Shown here: piece by piece, positions 52,699 to 64,000 of the stretch
How positions within the stretch are numbered: position 1 is the first letter of the stretch
Layout of the letters: each line of letters begins with the position of its first letter
From: Octopus sinensis
Taxonomy: Eukaryota
Direction: 5' to 3'
NCBI RefSeq assembly: GCF_006345805.1
Contig: NC_043000.1
Span: 85,808,001 to 85,872,000 of the forward strand
Length of the DNA: 64,000 bases
Position numbers and translations under genes: made by a program
Notes under the pieces: generated by a model
The model's database searches: none
What the model saw: the letters and a program-made list of their open reading frames with translations, nothing else
What the model was told of the DNA's origin: nothing

Positions 52699-53957
52699 CG
52701 AGGAGATATCAAAAAGTTCCGGAACCAATTTTGTAGCACGCCAACAGATGACAGCATACGGTTGCGTGCTCAGTGAGAGCTAGCAGTGACATTGCTGTGT
52801 TTACTTCACAAGTTGTGAAATTTGTGCTTTTGTGTTCACGTGTATGCTGTTGTCTGCGATTTTGTCATGAACAAGAAGTTGGAACAAAGAGGCAACGTGG
52901 AATTTTGTGTTAAGCTTGCGAAGTCTTTTACAGAGACATCGAGCAAGTTTACAGCAACGAGGTAATGGTTTGTATGCAATGTCTCGAGTGGTACAGGCGC
53001 TTCAAAATGGAAAAACATCCCTGGAAGACCTGCCATGAGCGTCACCCTGGAAATATGGAGAAATTTCATCAGCTTGTGCATGAGGATCGTCGGTGTACAC
53101 TCAAAGACATCGCTGATGTTGGTCTGTCATGTGGGTGCGTGCAGGCAATCCTAATGTCAGAATTGAATGCGTAGTACGTCTCTGCTAAATATGTCTCCCA
53201 CTTGCTGACCATTGAGTGGAAAGAACATTGCTTTGAAGCCTAAGGTCTCTGTCAGTGTGCTGCTGATGACTCACCCTTCATGTTGAGGATCATCACTGGT
53301 GATGAGAGTTGGGTCTATGACTACAACCCTGAGACGAAGTAGCAGTCATCCCAATGGAGCCCTTTATCTCCACGACTGAAGAAGGCATGATAAACCCACA
53401 GCTCAATCAAGAGCATGCTCATCATTTTTATTCAACATCTGCAGTATTGTGTATTGAAAATTCATTCCCCAGGGCCAGACTCTCAATTGAGAGTTCTATT
53501 GTGCCATTTTGAAGCATTTGAGGGAGGGCATTTGGTGAAAGCGACTGGATCTGTGGAGCATGAAGAATTGAATTCTTCATGACAATGCACCCTGTCACCA
53601 AGCTCTCCTCACTTGTGAGTTTCTTGCCAAAACCAGCATGGTACAGTATTGCTTCTGCACTCGCCCGCTTTGCCAGATTTAGCATCTGCGAACTTCCATT
53701 TCTTCTCCAAGAAAAGAATGCAGCTCAAAGGTTACCGTTTTAACACCGTTGTTGAGATCCAGGTTGAACTGCAGAAGGTCCTCCACTTGCTTATGGAATA
53801 CAACTTCCAGGCTGGATTCCAAAAGTGGCAGGGACACTGAGACTGATGTATTGTTGTGCAAGGTGACTATTTTGAAAGAGATGATGTTAAAACTTAGGTA
53901 AATAAGTTTTTTTTTTATTAAACATAACTAGTCTGGAGACTTTTTGATACCCCCTTG
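52699..53957 (+). mobile_element. Full-length but inactivated mariner (DD34D) transposon
   Basis: TA-flanked TIRs cgaggagatatcaaaaagttcc / gagactttttgatacccccttg; MNKKLEQRGNVEFCVKL, IITGDESWVY, LHDNAPCH, SPALPDLAS; stop codons and frameshifts. Confidence 0.93.
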
Positions 53958-53959
53958 TA

Positions 53960-56260
53960 ATGACCTTTTGGACATTATACCCCACCTGAAATTCCTTAAG
54001 TCCTCTAATGCTTTCCAATGTAAACTTAGAGCAGACATCAGTAGACTTAGATCTTCTGATAGGATCCTTTTGTTCTCTGATAAGACTAAAAATCTATATA
54101 GAGTAAGTAATGACACATATGCACAGCTACTTAACAGCATTACATAAATTTACAGGAGGGTTGCCCCTCAAACTTATGATAGCATTAACTATGACACCAA
54201 GGGTATTGTGGTTTAACTAGGTATAGAGGATATGGTAGAATCATTGTGAAGAAAGAAGCTGATAGTGGAAGGGATAGAGCTAGGTTTACCCAATTCCATA
54301 TAGTGGACTTCTACCCATCTATACCAAGGGAGCTCCTTTTCAAGGCACTAGACTTTGTTAGGACCTACACTGAAGTTGGTCATGAGGACATATGCATTAT
54401 CATGTACGTCAGAAGAACCTTACTTTTCAGTAACGGGTTGGCCTGGGTCAAACGAATTGACCCAGAAGACTCCTTCAATGTGGTAATGGGCGCTTTCAAC
54501 AGCACTGATGTATGTGACCTTGTTGGTTTTTTTTTTTGTCCTAGATGTTCTCAAAAAAAAGTTCCCTTCCACTAGCTTTAGCTTCTACAGGGATGACACA
54601 CTGGCAATATCAAGAGGGTTAAATGGCTACATGCTAGATAAGCCTAGAAAGGACCTCACCAGCACTGAAGGTCACAATAGAAACCAACCTGAAAATGATG
54701 GATTTCCAATAGGTCCTTTAGGAAGCCAAATGAGAAGCTACCATATATTAACACAGGTTCCTGTCATCCAGCCATAGTTTTCAAGAACCTGGTAAAGGGT
54801 GTCAGCAGAATAATCTCCAACTTGTCTTCAAGCAAAGAGATTTTTGATGATGCTGTCCCATACTACAATGAGGCTCTGGCTGCCAGTGGTTTCAAGGATA
54901 GAATTAGTTACACACCAGACCCTAACCCCTCCAAGAAAAAGCACCACTAGAAAGTGTTGCGGTTCACACTGCCCTTCTCTTTAAGTGTTAAAACCTGAGT
55001 AGGTAAGATTATTCCTTAGCTAAGTAGGCAAGCATTTCTTCCCTAGAAACAGGTTCAGCAAAATATTTAATAGGCACACCTTGCAAGTTTCCTTTAGTTG
55101 TGCACCCAATGTAAAAAAGATTTTAGTGGATAGGCTCGCATCTGAGACCGAGGCAAGATGCTCATGTAAGGTTGAAACAACATGTCCTCTGAATGGACAC
55201 TGTAACATGGAGACTGTCATATACAAGGCACATGAAATAGCAATAGGACTAAATGGGCAACCAAACATGTGAAAATATGTGGGAATAACTAAAGGTCCCT
55301 TCAGAACCCGCTATAATAAGCACAAGTCTTCTTTCAACGTCCTGGAGAGATGTAACGCCACAAACCTAGCCATGCACATATGGTTATTGAAGGAAAATTG
55401 CCATCAGGTACAGCATAAAGTAGAAGATTCTAGAGAAATGTAAAGCATACTTCAATAGCAGCAGGAAGTACAGATTATGCCTGGCTGAGAGAAGAATGAT
55501 TTTAAAGAGCACCCAGCCATTTAGCTGAATAGCAGAAGTGAAATTCTTATCTTTGCCCACATAAAAGGAAGTACATCCTATCATACTTGCATGCCCCATC
55601 CTGGCTATAATCACCAACCCTCCAACTTTGACTCTCTACCAATACCAGGGAGTGCACTCACAAACAAATACACATGTCCCAGCACGGCTGCACCCACTCA
55701 ATAGACTCTTTTCCACCACTCCCAATATAAGCCTCCCCCCCGCATATTGTACCCCTGTATACACCGCATGCATACATAAATGCTCCATAAATTTAACCAA
55801 AAACATAAAAGAAAGGAAACACACTAACGAACACAGATGTGTATGGTCCCCACCTTGCAAAGGATTGATATATATATATAATACCACTACACACATTCCA
55901 TTTCCACAAGAACACCAACCTTAAAGACACATACATTTCCCACAATCTCTTTTCCAGAAAACTCTTGCAACGAAACCACCCCCAGAGATGATGATTTGAT
56001 AGCAAGCGTCATAGCTCTTAACTTAATCCCCTGAATCCCCTACTCAATTTATTCCATCATCTTTTTCACAGCAATCACAAACTGGATGTTTCTATTCACC
56101 TTCAACAATAGAGAGCAGTTGCCATGTTTCATTCCATAACTGCTACCTCTGAAGAGTGCAAGGTTACATAATTGAACTGTTATCTAACACTCCATTGAAC
56201 TCCTAGTATGAAACTAATTGGTAATATCGGTTGTAATTGATATATAATACTGTACACTTT
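53960..56260 (+). mobile_element. Decayed Penelope-like retroelement (RT plus C-terminal GIY-YIG; Naiad-like)
   Basis: SDKTKNLY, FHIVDFYPSI, VMGAFNSTDVCDLVG, FYRDD, RIISNLSSSKEIF, CSC..CPLNGHC..VIYKA, YVGIT..FRTRYNKHKSSF, LCLAE, LNSRSE; C-rich 3' region and hammerhead-like core. Confidence 0.88.
56143..56230 (+). ncRNA. Degenerate type-I hammerhead ribozyme in the Penelope pseudo-LTR
   Basis: CTGAAGA (56149), stem II gtgcaagg/cctagtat, GAAAC (56210), near-palindromic taattg, GTA; stem I pairing poor. Confidence 0.55.
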
Positions 56261-56274
56261 GATTTATATATATA

Positions 56275-56750
56275 TCATCATCATCATCATCGTTTAATGT
56301 CCGCTTTCCATGCTAGCATGGGTTGGACGGTTCAACTGGGGTCTGAGGAGCCCGAAGGCTGCACCAGGCCAGTCAGATCTGGCAGTGTTTCTACAGCTGG
56401 ATGCCCTTCCTAACGCCAACCACTCCGAGAGTGTAGTGGGTGATTTTATGTGCCACCGACACAGGTGCCAGACGAGGCTGGCGGACGGCCACGCTCGGAT
56501 GGTGTTTTTTATGTGCCACCGACACAGGTGCCAGATGAGGCTGGTGAACGGCCACGCTTGGATGGTGTTTTTTTATGTGCCACCGACACGGGTGCCAGAC
56601 AAGGCTGGCGAAAGGCCACGATCGGATGGTGTTTGTTACGTGCCCACAGCACGGAGGCCAGTCGATGCGGTACTGGCTACGGCCACGTTCGGATGGTTTT
56701 CTTATGTGCCACCGGCACTGGTACCACAAAGATACAAATTCCATTGATGT
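56275..56750 (-). mobile_element. Young RTE-tail element with internal tandem repeats of about 65 bp (56445-56720)
   Basis: (CAT)n end; 4-5 units of ttttatgtgccaccgacacaggtgccagacgaggctggcggacggccacgctcggatggtg; CpG-rich. Confidence 0.8.
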
Positions 56751-56800
56751 TCATCTATTTTGATTTGGTTTGATTTTGATTTATATATATATATATATAT

Positions 56801-57786
56801 AGTGTAGTTGCTAGAATAGCCTGGGCAAAGTTCAGAGAGCTCCTACTTCTGCTGGTGACAAAGGGCCTCTCACTCAGAGTAAAAGGTAGACTGTATGATG
56901 CACGTATGCGAACATCCATGTTACATGGCAGTGAAACATGGGCTGTAACTGCTTAGGACATGGATAAGCTTGCAAGAAATGAAGCTAATATGCTTAGCTG
57001 GATGTCTAATGTCAGTGTGCATGCATGACAGAGTGTAAGCACCCTGAGAGAAAAGTTGGACATAAGAAACATCAGATGTGGTGTGCAAGAGAGACGACTG
57101 TGCTGGTATGATCATATGTTGCGTATGGATGAGGACAGCTGTGTGAAAAAGTGTCACAACCTAGCAGTAGAGGGAACCTGTGGAAGTGGTAGGCCCAGGA
57201 AGACCTGGGATGAGGTGGTGAAGCATGACTTTCGAATGTTGGGCCTCACAGAGGTGATGACAAATGAGCGAGACCTTTGGAGATATGTTGTGCTTGAGAA
57301 GATCCAGCAAGCCAGGTGAGACCGTAACTTTGGCCTATGCCAGTGCAGCATAACTGGCCCATTTAAGAGTACCCTTCACTCATTGGGCAATAAACTGTGT
57401 GTGCTAAGACCTGTTAAGTCAAGTGAAGTCATTGATATGGCTGATACCAGTACTGCCTGACTGGCACCCATGGCTGTGGCACATAAAAAGCACCATTTGA
57501 GCGTGGTTGATGCCAGTGCCACCTGACTGGTCCTGTGCTGGTGACATGTAAAAAGCACCATTTGAGTGTGATCATTGCCAGTGTCTCCTGACTGGCCCTT
57601 GTGCTGGTGGCATGTAAAAAGCACCTACTACACTCTCAGAGTTGTTGGCGTTAGGAATGGCATACAGCTGTAGAAACTTTGCCAGATCCGATTGGAGCCT
57701 GGTGCAGCCTTCTGGCTTGCCAGTCCTCAGTCAAACCGTCCAACCCATGCTAGTGTGGAAAGTGGACGTTAAACAATGATGATGAT
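56801..57786 (+). mobile_element. 5'-truncated RTE-clade LINE (ORF C-terminus, tandem-repeat 3' UTR, (GAT)n tail)
   Basis: AWAKFRELL, VKGRLYDA, MLHGSETW, RRLCWYDHMLRM, GRPRKTWDEVV; ends ggacgttaaacaatgatgatgat. Confidence 0.9.
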
Positions 57787-57829
57787 ATATATAACTATAG
57801 TTATTTCATTACTGAGTGATAGAAGCAAG

Positions 57830-57865
<36 letters not shown>

Positions 57866-59129
57866 GTGTGTGTAATCCAGTTAGACGTTTTCAGCTTTAA
57901 TAAGAAACTGTTTCTAATGTCTGTATTGCTATTCCTATACACTTCTTGGTTATTAAGCTGCTTACTGTTGTCTGGCAGTTGTTAATTCCTTCATTAAGAG
58001 TAGGAAATGTTCCAGCTAATTTGCTTGACTAAAATATCACTTTGGTTGTTTTATACTTAAACCCTCCCTTCTCCCAGAAAGATAGCGAAAAGGCCAAACA
58101 AAACAAATATAAGTCTATATTATTATTATAATATGAAAACACTATGATTATTTTTTTTATCCTTCTAGAATTATTGTTTATTTACTATCAATCTTTAATT
58201 TGTACCTATCACTGATATAAAAGATCAATATGAATTGCAACTCAGCCAAAACTTTCATCGGAAAATATTTTTCAAGTCTTATGAATATTTCTCAAATAAT
58301 TTGGTGTTCTCCAATAGATTTTTTAATTTATTTTCCTTGTTCAGTAACCTTTCCCTTTACTCAAATAGCATATACGATACAACTTGAATTTGATATTTTT
58401 CTCTTCCTTAAAAGAATAGATTTAGTATTTGATTTACAACGATATTGTTTTATCAAATAGATGCAAGTACAAGTTGTTGTTGATATATAATAAAGATAAA
58501 ATAGACAGATATAATTGTTATTTAGCTCTAGACAAAACAGTTGAACTTTAGAGGTCCTGGTATCAGGCACAGTTCCACATCAAATATTAATTTGTTTGTT
58601 CAGAATGGATTTTATAATTTATCTGATACAACAAAGCATCATTCTTGAAATAAAATTATGGTTTGGGAGGAAATTTATTTAGCAAAGACCTAATTTTAAC
58701 TACAATTTAATGTTAAATGTAATTGTCCACATTTCTATTTTAATCATTACTGCTTTATGTGTCTCAAATTAATTAATTCCATCTTGACAAAGCTTTGCAC
58801 AAACCAGTAAATTTATCATTTGTCGTTTAGATATAAGAGCAGCAGTTTAAATGGGCTATGAATGATGAATTTGGGGTCCATAGCTGATGAAGCATAATGA
58901 TAGAGATGTGTTCTATGGCCCAATGATATCATTCATTTTCCTGAGTTATGTATTTCACACGTATTTTCTAGAGGTTTTCACTGAGACAGTATCTGAATGA
59001 AGATCTTTCCGTGTTTGAGTGTGCACAAATGGGTTCTGTATAATTGTATACATCTACATTTTGACAAAAAGAAGGATCTCATAAAGGCCTCGTGAGAAGT
59101 CATTTTAAAGGAAATGAAAGACATTTTTA

Positions 59130-60422
59130 TGAGGGGTGTTCATTAAAGATTTCCCCTGACCCACTTCCCAAGGACTGGGATAAACGAAACTTGGCATAAT
59201 TGTTAGTTCTTCTCTACATAGCCACCACCAATGGTGGCACACTTCTACCATTGCTTTATGTTACTGTGGAGACCTTGTCTGTAGAAGTTGGCAGGTTGCA
59301 TCAGGAGCCAAGACTTTACCTTGGAAATAAGTTCATCATCATTTGAAAAGTGCTTCCCCTTCAAAAAAGACTTCATGGTTGGAAAGAGGTGGAAGTCAGA
59401 TGGTGTGAGATTGGGAGAGTAAGGGGGATGAGGAAGGATTTCATAGCTGCAGGAGTGTGCTTTTGTCTGGGCAACATGCACATTGTGAACTGGGGTGTTG
59501 TCTTGGAGGAGGCAGACTCCTTTGGTTAGTATCCCATGCCTCTTTGCTTTGATGGCGTCTTGCAATTTTTACAGCAGAGAAGCATAATATACCCAGGTAA
59601 TTATGGTGCCCTTTGGCAGAAAATCCATCATCACTATTCCGTAATGGTCCCAAAAGACTGTGAGCATCACCTTGCTTGCTGAAGGTTGGACATGAGCCTT
59701 CTTTGGAGGTAGTGAGTTATCATGCTTCCATTGCTTCAGCTGGACTTTAGTCTCAGGATCATAGTGATGGATCCATGTTTCATCCTGTGTGATAAGTCTG
59801 CCAAAAAAGTCCTCTTTGTATTTTTGGCAAATTGCCAAAAGAGCCTGGGAGCAATTGACTCATTCCTGCTTCTGAAAAGATGTGAGCATCTGGGGAATCC
59901 ATTGTGCAGACAACTTCTGTATGTACAAATGGTCGTGAATGATTTTTTCCACAGACCCTACACTTATCTTCACTTCTTGGGCTAGTTGCTGAATAGTTAT
60001 GTGGCGATCCTCCAAAATAGCAGCTTCCACTTTATGGATAGTGTTGTCATCAATGGCAGAATGTAGTCATCCAGGAATAGGAGCAGTTTCTACTGATGTC
60101 CGACACATTTGAACTGGTGATGCCTGTGCTTGACTAGGTTGTATGATGGCACATTGTCACCATAAACTTCTTTCATTTTATTGAAAGTCTCTTTTGGTGT
60201 ATGACCTTTCAAGTATAAGAACCTGATCAATGATCTGCATTCAACTGCCTCAATTATAACACCTTAGTCCACTTCAGCAGCCATAACAGACACACGAATA
60301 CTAGTGGAAATCTGCAATTTACAATGTGACATGTAGAGACATGTATGATTATACCTGTACAAGTTCCATTTCCTGCCATAACCAGAAGTGAGTCAGTAGA
60401 AATCTTTAATGAACACCTCTCA
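59130..60422 (-). mobile_element. Full-length but inactivated mariner (DD34D) transposon
   Basis: TA-flanked TIRs tgaggggtgttcattaaagatttcccctgac / gtcagtagaaatctttaatgaacacctctca; ITQDETWIHHYDPE, LLQDNTPVH, PPYSPNLTPSDFHLF. Confidence 0.93.
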
Positions 60423-63028
60423 TATACTGGGAACATTAACTTAAAATAGTGCACTGATGAGTGTTTTGTGAATCATACAAAGTCTGCTGATTACAGAAAT
60501 ACTCTCAAATATAAAGGTCAGCCTCTGAATTAAATTAGATACTGACAACAATGGTAATGATTGAAATTTGCAAGGAATTGTTTTGAAGACAGCTCTTCTG
60601 AATCAGGCATTAAAACCCTATGATTTTGTTTAGGTATATTGATGGCATTATTATTTTTGAATGCACCAAGGGAATGCTTAAGCTCTACTTGATTATGCTA
60701 TCTCTATGTAATTTTATGCAACTTACTACAGAAAAGAAAACAACAACAAACTCCCATTCCTTTGTGAACAAATCTGATGAACAGGAACAGGTGTCAGAAC
60801 ATCTAGATATAAAAAATAGCCTCTACATTCTCGCATTTGTTATTGAATCTTATTTTGAAAGGTTAAGAAAATATTTTTCCTGTATGTATAATAAATAAAA
60901 ATATGTGATATAGATAAAAAAAAACACACACATACACACACACTAAATGATATATATAATATAAATAAAATATAAAAGAAAAACTACTTGCACCAGTTGG
61001 CTTATAACAGGAAGTAAACTACTAGATAACTTAATAGTTGATAGTTATGAAGCAGCAAGCTGGCAGAATCATTAGCACACAGGACAAAATGTGTTGCAGC
61101 ATTTCTCCTGTCTTTACATTCTCAGTTCAGATTCTGCCAAGGTCAACTCTGCTTTTCATTCTTTTGGTGTTGATAAAATAAGTACCAGTCAAGCATTGGG
61201 GTCAATGTAACAGACTAAACCCCCTCCTCAAGGATTTCAGGCCTTGTGGCTATAGTAGAAATGATTACTTGATACTTATATTCATTCACAATTATAAGGC
61301 AAGAACAAAACCCAAATTAATTGTGACCCTACCCAAAAAATGCAGAAGAAATCTGTACATTATCTGAAGATCAGAATAGTTTTCAGGAGTAATACTATCA
61401 CATGCAGATAGCCCACTACAAAGTTGAACATGTTAAAGAATTGTATTTATAACATCAAGGTTAAAGATCACCCAACTACTCTGATCAGAGAGAGAGAGAG
61501 AGAGAGAGAACAGATATATCGGAACATATATGGTGTATGAATGTAAAAGCATGTGCTGTTATGAAACAAAATTTTGCTTATAGACAAAGAACCAAAAGCA
61601 GAAGCAGAAAAAAAAATCATGGAAGCAAACTGTGTTGAAAAATGGTTCAACAGTTAAATCAGATAATTTGCTATTTTCCATCTTTTATTTTTTTTTATGT
61701 ATTAAGAATTGGTAAATTTCAATAAATCTCTTTTTATTCTTAAAAGATGCTTATCAACTTTATTTTCTTTTTGTTTAACCATTTCAAATCCATACATTTA
61801 TCTGTCCACATCCACTGATCACAAAATGCATGATAAAAAAAGAAACAAAAAAACCTACAATCATATTTGACATGGTGAACCGAATTTACTGATTAGTTAT
61901 TGGTAGCTTATATTGCCTCAAAGCTAGGGGTAAAAGGTAAAGACCCCCTTCAATAAAAAATGACCATGGGATTGTACCTAGAAGGTTCCCCTCCTAGGCA
62001 CAAGTCTGGGCAAGGTTTTTTTTATGGAAGACCAGCAGTTGCCCTTGTATACCAGCCTCCCCTCTCCACACCACTGATGTTGTCCAGGAGAAAGGCAAAA
62101 GTCAATACAGCTTGGCACCAATGACATTGCAACTCATTTCTACAACTGAGTGAACTGGAGCAATGTGAAATAAAGTGTCTTGCTCAAGAACACAACACAC
62201 AGTCTGATCCAGGTATCAAACTAACAATCCCATAATTGTAAGCCCAATGATCTAACCACTGAACCATGTACCTAAAGGCTCATATATTTGTAGTGTAGGG
62301 TTTGTTGGAGTAAATCAACCTCAATGTAATAGTTATAGAATAATCATTACTGTTCATCCTTGAAAAATGGAGAGTAAAGATTATTATACAAATATTATAA
62401 TGGTGGTGAGCTAACAGAATTGTTGGAACACTGAAAAAAATACTTTGCAAACATCTTCCTAACTCTTTATAGTTTGGGTTCAAGTCTCACCAAGATCAAC
62501 TTTGCCTTTTTTCCTTTAAGGTGGTAAAAATAAACTACCATCAAGTATAAGGGTTGATGGTATCAGTTAACACCTTCCCCATCAAAAATAGCTGGCTTTA
62601 TGCTTAAATTAGAAACCATTTTATGACTGTTATGGATTTAATCCTCTATAGTCACTTTATTACATTGTCAAATACTTGGATAACAGCTTTTTAAGTGCAT
62701 TCTAAGAGGTTTGTGTGCTATATCTGATTTAATTATGGTGTATTAGCAGCTATTTGTATTGGTTAGCCTAACAATAACTCTTTTAGAATTTGAAATTGGA
62801 ATCTAGAGAAAGGAGTCTATTTCTAGCACATCACATAGTTGCATAGAGATTTGACTTGGCTTAGATCTTCAACTTCTGATTAAGTCACATGAAATACTGG
62901 CATAATCTATTGTACACAAATTCATTTTCTTATTGCCTCTCTGTACTTGACTAATACTCTGTTCAGAAGCATAGATATATTGAGTTCTACACCAGGTTAT
63001 TAGTATTGCAAAGCTTAAGCGAAATATT

Positions 63029-63032
<4 letters not shown>

Positions 63033-63076
<44 letters not shown>

Positions 63077-63149
63077 CATGCATATCCACATGCATACATG
63101 TTCATGTTTACATACATATATGTACCCATATGTACATATATCTATACTG

Positions 63150-63183
<34 letters not shown>

Positions 63184-63230
63184 ACATACACGTATAAACA
63201 CACACACAGTCATAAAACATACATATATAC
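63033..63230. repeat. (CA)n/(CT)n compound microsatellite
   Basis: Read directly. Confidence 0.9.
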
Positions 63231-63680
63231 ACAAAGGGATGAGTGAGCATGGAACTCCATTGATAAGGAATGATGGAGGCCAGATGCAATGCAAGGACCA
63301 AATTGTATTGTTGACTCACCAGCGTGGACTAGGTTTATTGGATAGAGGGGTGAGGTGGGTATGGGGGTTGTTATAATGTTAGAGAGCTGAAAGTACAAAG
63401 GTGGCAAGCTGGCAGAATTGTTAGCATGCCATGCAAAATGCTTAGTGGCATTTCATCTGTCTTTACATTCTAAGTTCAAATTCTGCCAAGGTGACTTCGC
63501 CTTCCATCCTTTCAGGGTTGATAAAATAAGCACCAGTTGAGCACTGGGGTTGATGTAATCGACTGACTCTCTCACACCAAAATCTTTCCAGCCTTGTGCC
63601 AAAATTTGAAACCAATATTACTAAAAGTGTAAGTTTACTGGGAAGCGATAAATAAATAAAATATAACTTTTCATCAAGTT

Positions 63681-63944
63681 GTGGAGGTGCATGGCTTAGT
63701 GGTTAGGGTGTCAGTACCATGATTGTAAGATTGTGGTTTCGATTCCTGGACCGGGTGATGCATTGTGTTCTTGAGCAAAACACTTCATTTCACGTTGCTC
63801 CAGTCCACTCAGCTGGCAAAAATGAGTAACGCTGCAATGGACTAGCATCCTGTCCAGCTGGGGAACACATGCGCCATAGAGACTGGGAAACCGGGCCCAT
63901 GAGCCTGGCTAGGCTTTAAAAGGGTGCATTTATTTATTTATTTA
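63681..63944 (+). mobile_element. Full-length tRNA-derived SINE with (ATTT)n tail
   Basis: A-box tggcttagtgg, B-box ggtttcgattcc, central gcaatggactagcatcc motif; 13-bp TSD ttttcatc(a/c)agtt at 63668-80 and 63945-57. Confidence 0.85.
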
Positions 63945-64000
63945 TTTTCATCCAGTTAGAGTAGAGCAAATTATAAGGATGACTTGAATAAAATAATAAT

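Noticed and set aside
55150-55580. Possible selenocysteine-encoding TGA codons in the Penelope endonuclease
   Set aside because: The conserved Cys positions I could read are TGT/TGC (one TAC); stop codons elsewhere come with frameshifts, consistent with decay
56445-56720. Regularly spaced repeats resembling a CRISPR array
   Set aside because: The whole ~65-bp unit is repeated with no unique spacers; it belongs to an RTE-tail element; the context is eukaryotic with no cas genes
59245-59838. Transposase ORFs as an active or domesticated (SETMAR-like) gene
   Set aside because: Frameshifts and stop codons between intact TIRs, with no fused host exons; a dead mariner copy
63681-63765. tRNA-like sequence with A and B boxes (also at 34855 and 50697)
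   Set aside because: SINE heads followed by a body, tail and in two cases a TSD; no complete cloverleaf

Overview
AT-rich, intron-containing eukaryotic DNA, most likely octopus or a related coleoid cephalopod. That assignment is inferred from the SINE families, the (TA)n/(CA)n load and the style of a decayed C2H2 zinc-finger gene. The window holds two convergent host genes. The 3' half of TBC1D5 (Rab7-GAP, retromer partner) lies on + as 11 GT-AG exons from 1171 to 16730. A complete CIAO1/Cia1 gene (WD40, cytosolic Fe-S assembly, 335 aa) lies on - as only two coding exons, 45059-44663 and 38396-37786, with a probable non-coding first exon and promoter near 52.2 kb. The rest is transposon debris: three mariner copies, Tc1 and maT-like remnants, a scrambled Ty3/Gypsy inserted into a C2H2-ZNF pseudogene, a Naiad-type Penelope-like element with a decayed hammerhead ribozyme, RTE LINE pieces, two non-autonomous Helitrons, hAT/piggyBac/mariner MITEs, many tRNA-derived SINEs and microsatellites. 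Most six-frame ORFs are spurious. I cannot support a new protein-coding system. Two signals are the most unusual. One is a single TBC1D5 intron packed with three consecutive long fold-back hairpins and several hammerhead-like cores. The other is a dense set of templated-insertion scars (donor copy, displaced domain, snap-back inversion, triplication) in and around the Gypsy remnant. All calls are by eye; no database searches were run.
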